In this document: piece by piece, positions 63,816 through 64,000 of the stretch
Layout of the letters: every line of letters starts with the position of its first letter
Numbering within the stretch: position 1 is the first letter of the stretch
Assembly (NCBI GenBank): GCA_963804995.1
Contig: CAWDSK010000004.1
Span: forward strand, 96,001 to 160,000
DNA length: 64,000 nucleotides
Reading direction: 5' to 3'
Source: an uncultured Acidobacteriota bacterium
GTDB taxonomy: Bacteria; Acidobacteriota; Terriglobia; UBA7540
The notes under the pieces: generated by a model
Database searches by the model: none
Told to the model about the DNA's origin: nothing
The model's input: the letters and a program-made list of their open reading frames with translations, nothing else
Program-made: the position numbers and the translations under genes

Positions 63816-64000
63816 TTAGCTGGTGGCTGTGGCGAAGAACTGCTTGACGTGCAGCTTCTTGGCGTGGCGCTTCGCTTGCCACAGATCGTAGGCAAGCTGC
63901 ATCTGCAACCAGTGCTCCGGCGTGCTCCCAAACGCCTGGGCGAGGCGCAGCGCCATTTCCGCCGTGATTCCGGAGCGGCCGTTGAGAATCGACGAGAGGG
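63816..64000 (-). CDS. higA: HigA-family antitoxin (start outside window)
   Basis: LSSILNGRSGITAEMALRLAQAFGSTPEHWLQMQLAYDLW. Confidence 0.9.
   Translation of the reverse strand, partial: LSSILNGRSGITAEMALRLAQAFGSTPEHWLQMQLAYDLWQAKRHAKKLHVKQFFATATS

Overview
A 64-kb GC-rich bacterial chromosome segment, probably Acidobacteriota/Terriglobia (inferred from gene content, not proven). Several housekeeping genes carry single-base frameshifts that look like assembly errors. Left to right: (1) end of an ABC exporter, then an uncharacterised glycan-modification operon (three paralogous GT-B-like proteins, YdjC/ChbG deacetylase, NodS-like methyltransferase, ATP-grasp protein) and a TPP enzyme; (2) a repeat-dense accessory patch at 8.2-15.3 kb (AlbA_2 gene, three TA modules, MITEs nested in REP hairpins, an IS4-family element, an orphan copy of an integrase att arm); (3) metabolic and cell-wall genes, tmRNA and an IS1182-family element; (4) a 14.85-kb satellite-like element integrated at tRNA-Thr(CGT) with 51-bp att repeats; (5) an epimerase and more TA genes. 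The best candidate for a new system is the integrated element. It has ten copies of a 17-bp palindrome (TTTCCAAATTTTGGAAA) that I saw nowhere else in the window and that bracket its cargo genes like cassettes. It also has a second, FimB-like tyrosine recombinase preceded by two inverted 11-6-11 sites, a putative small RNA, a DUF5131/TcmP pair and a SEC-C-glycosyltransferase fusion. All family calls are by-eye motif recognition, not database searches.
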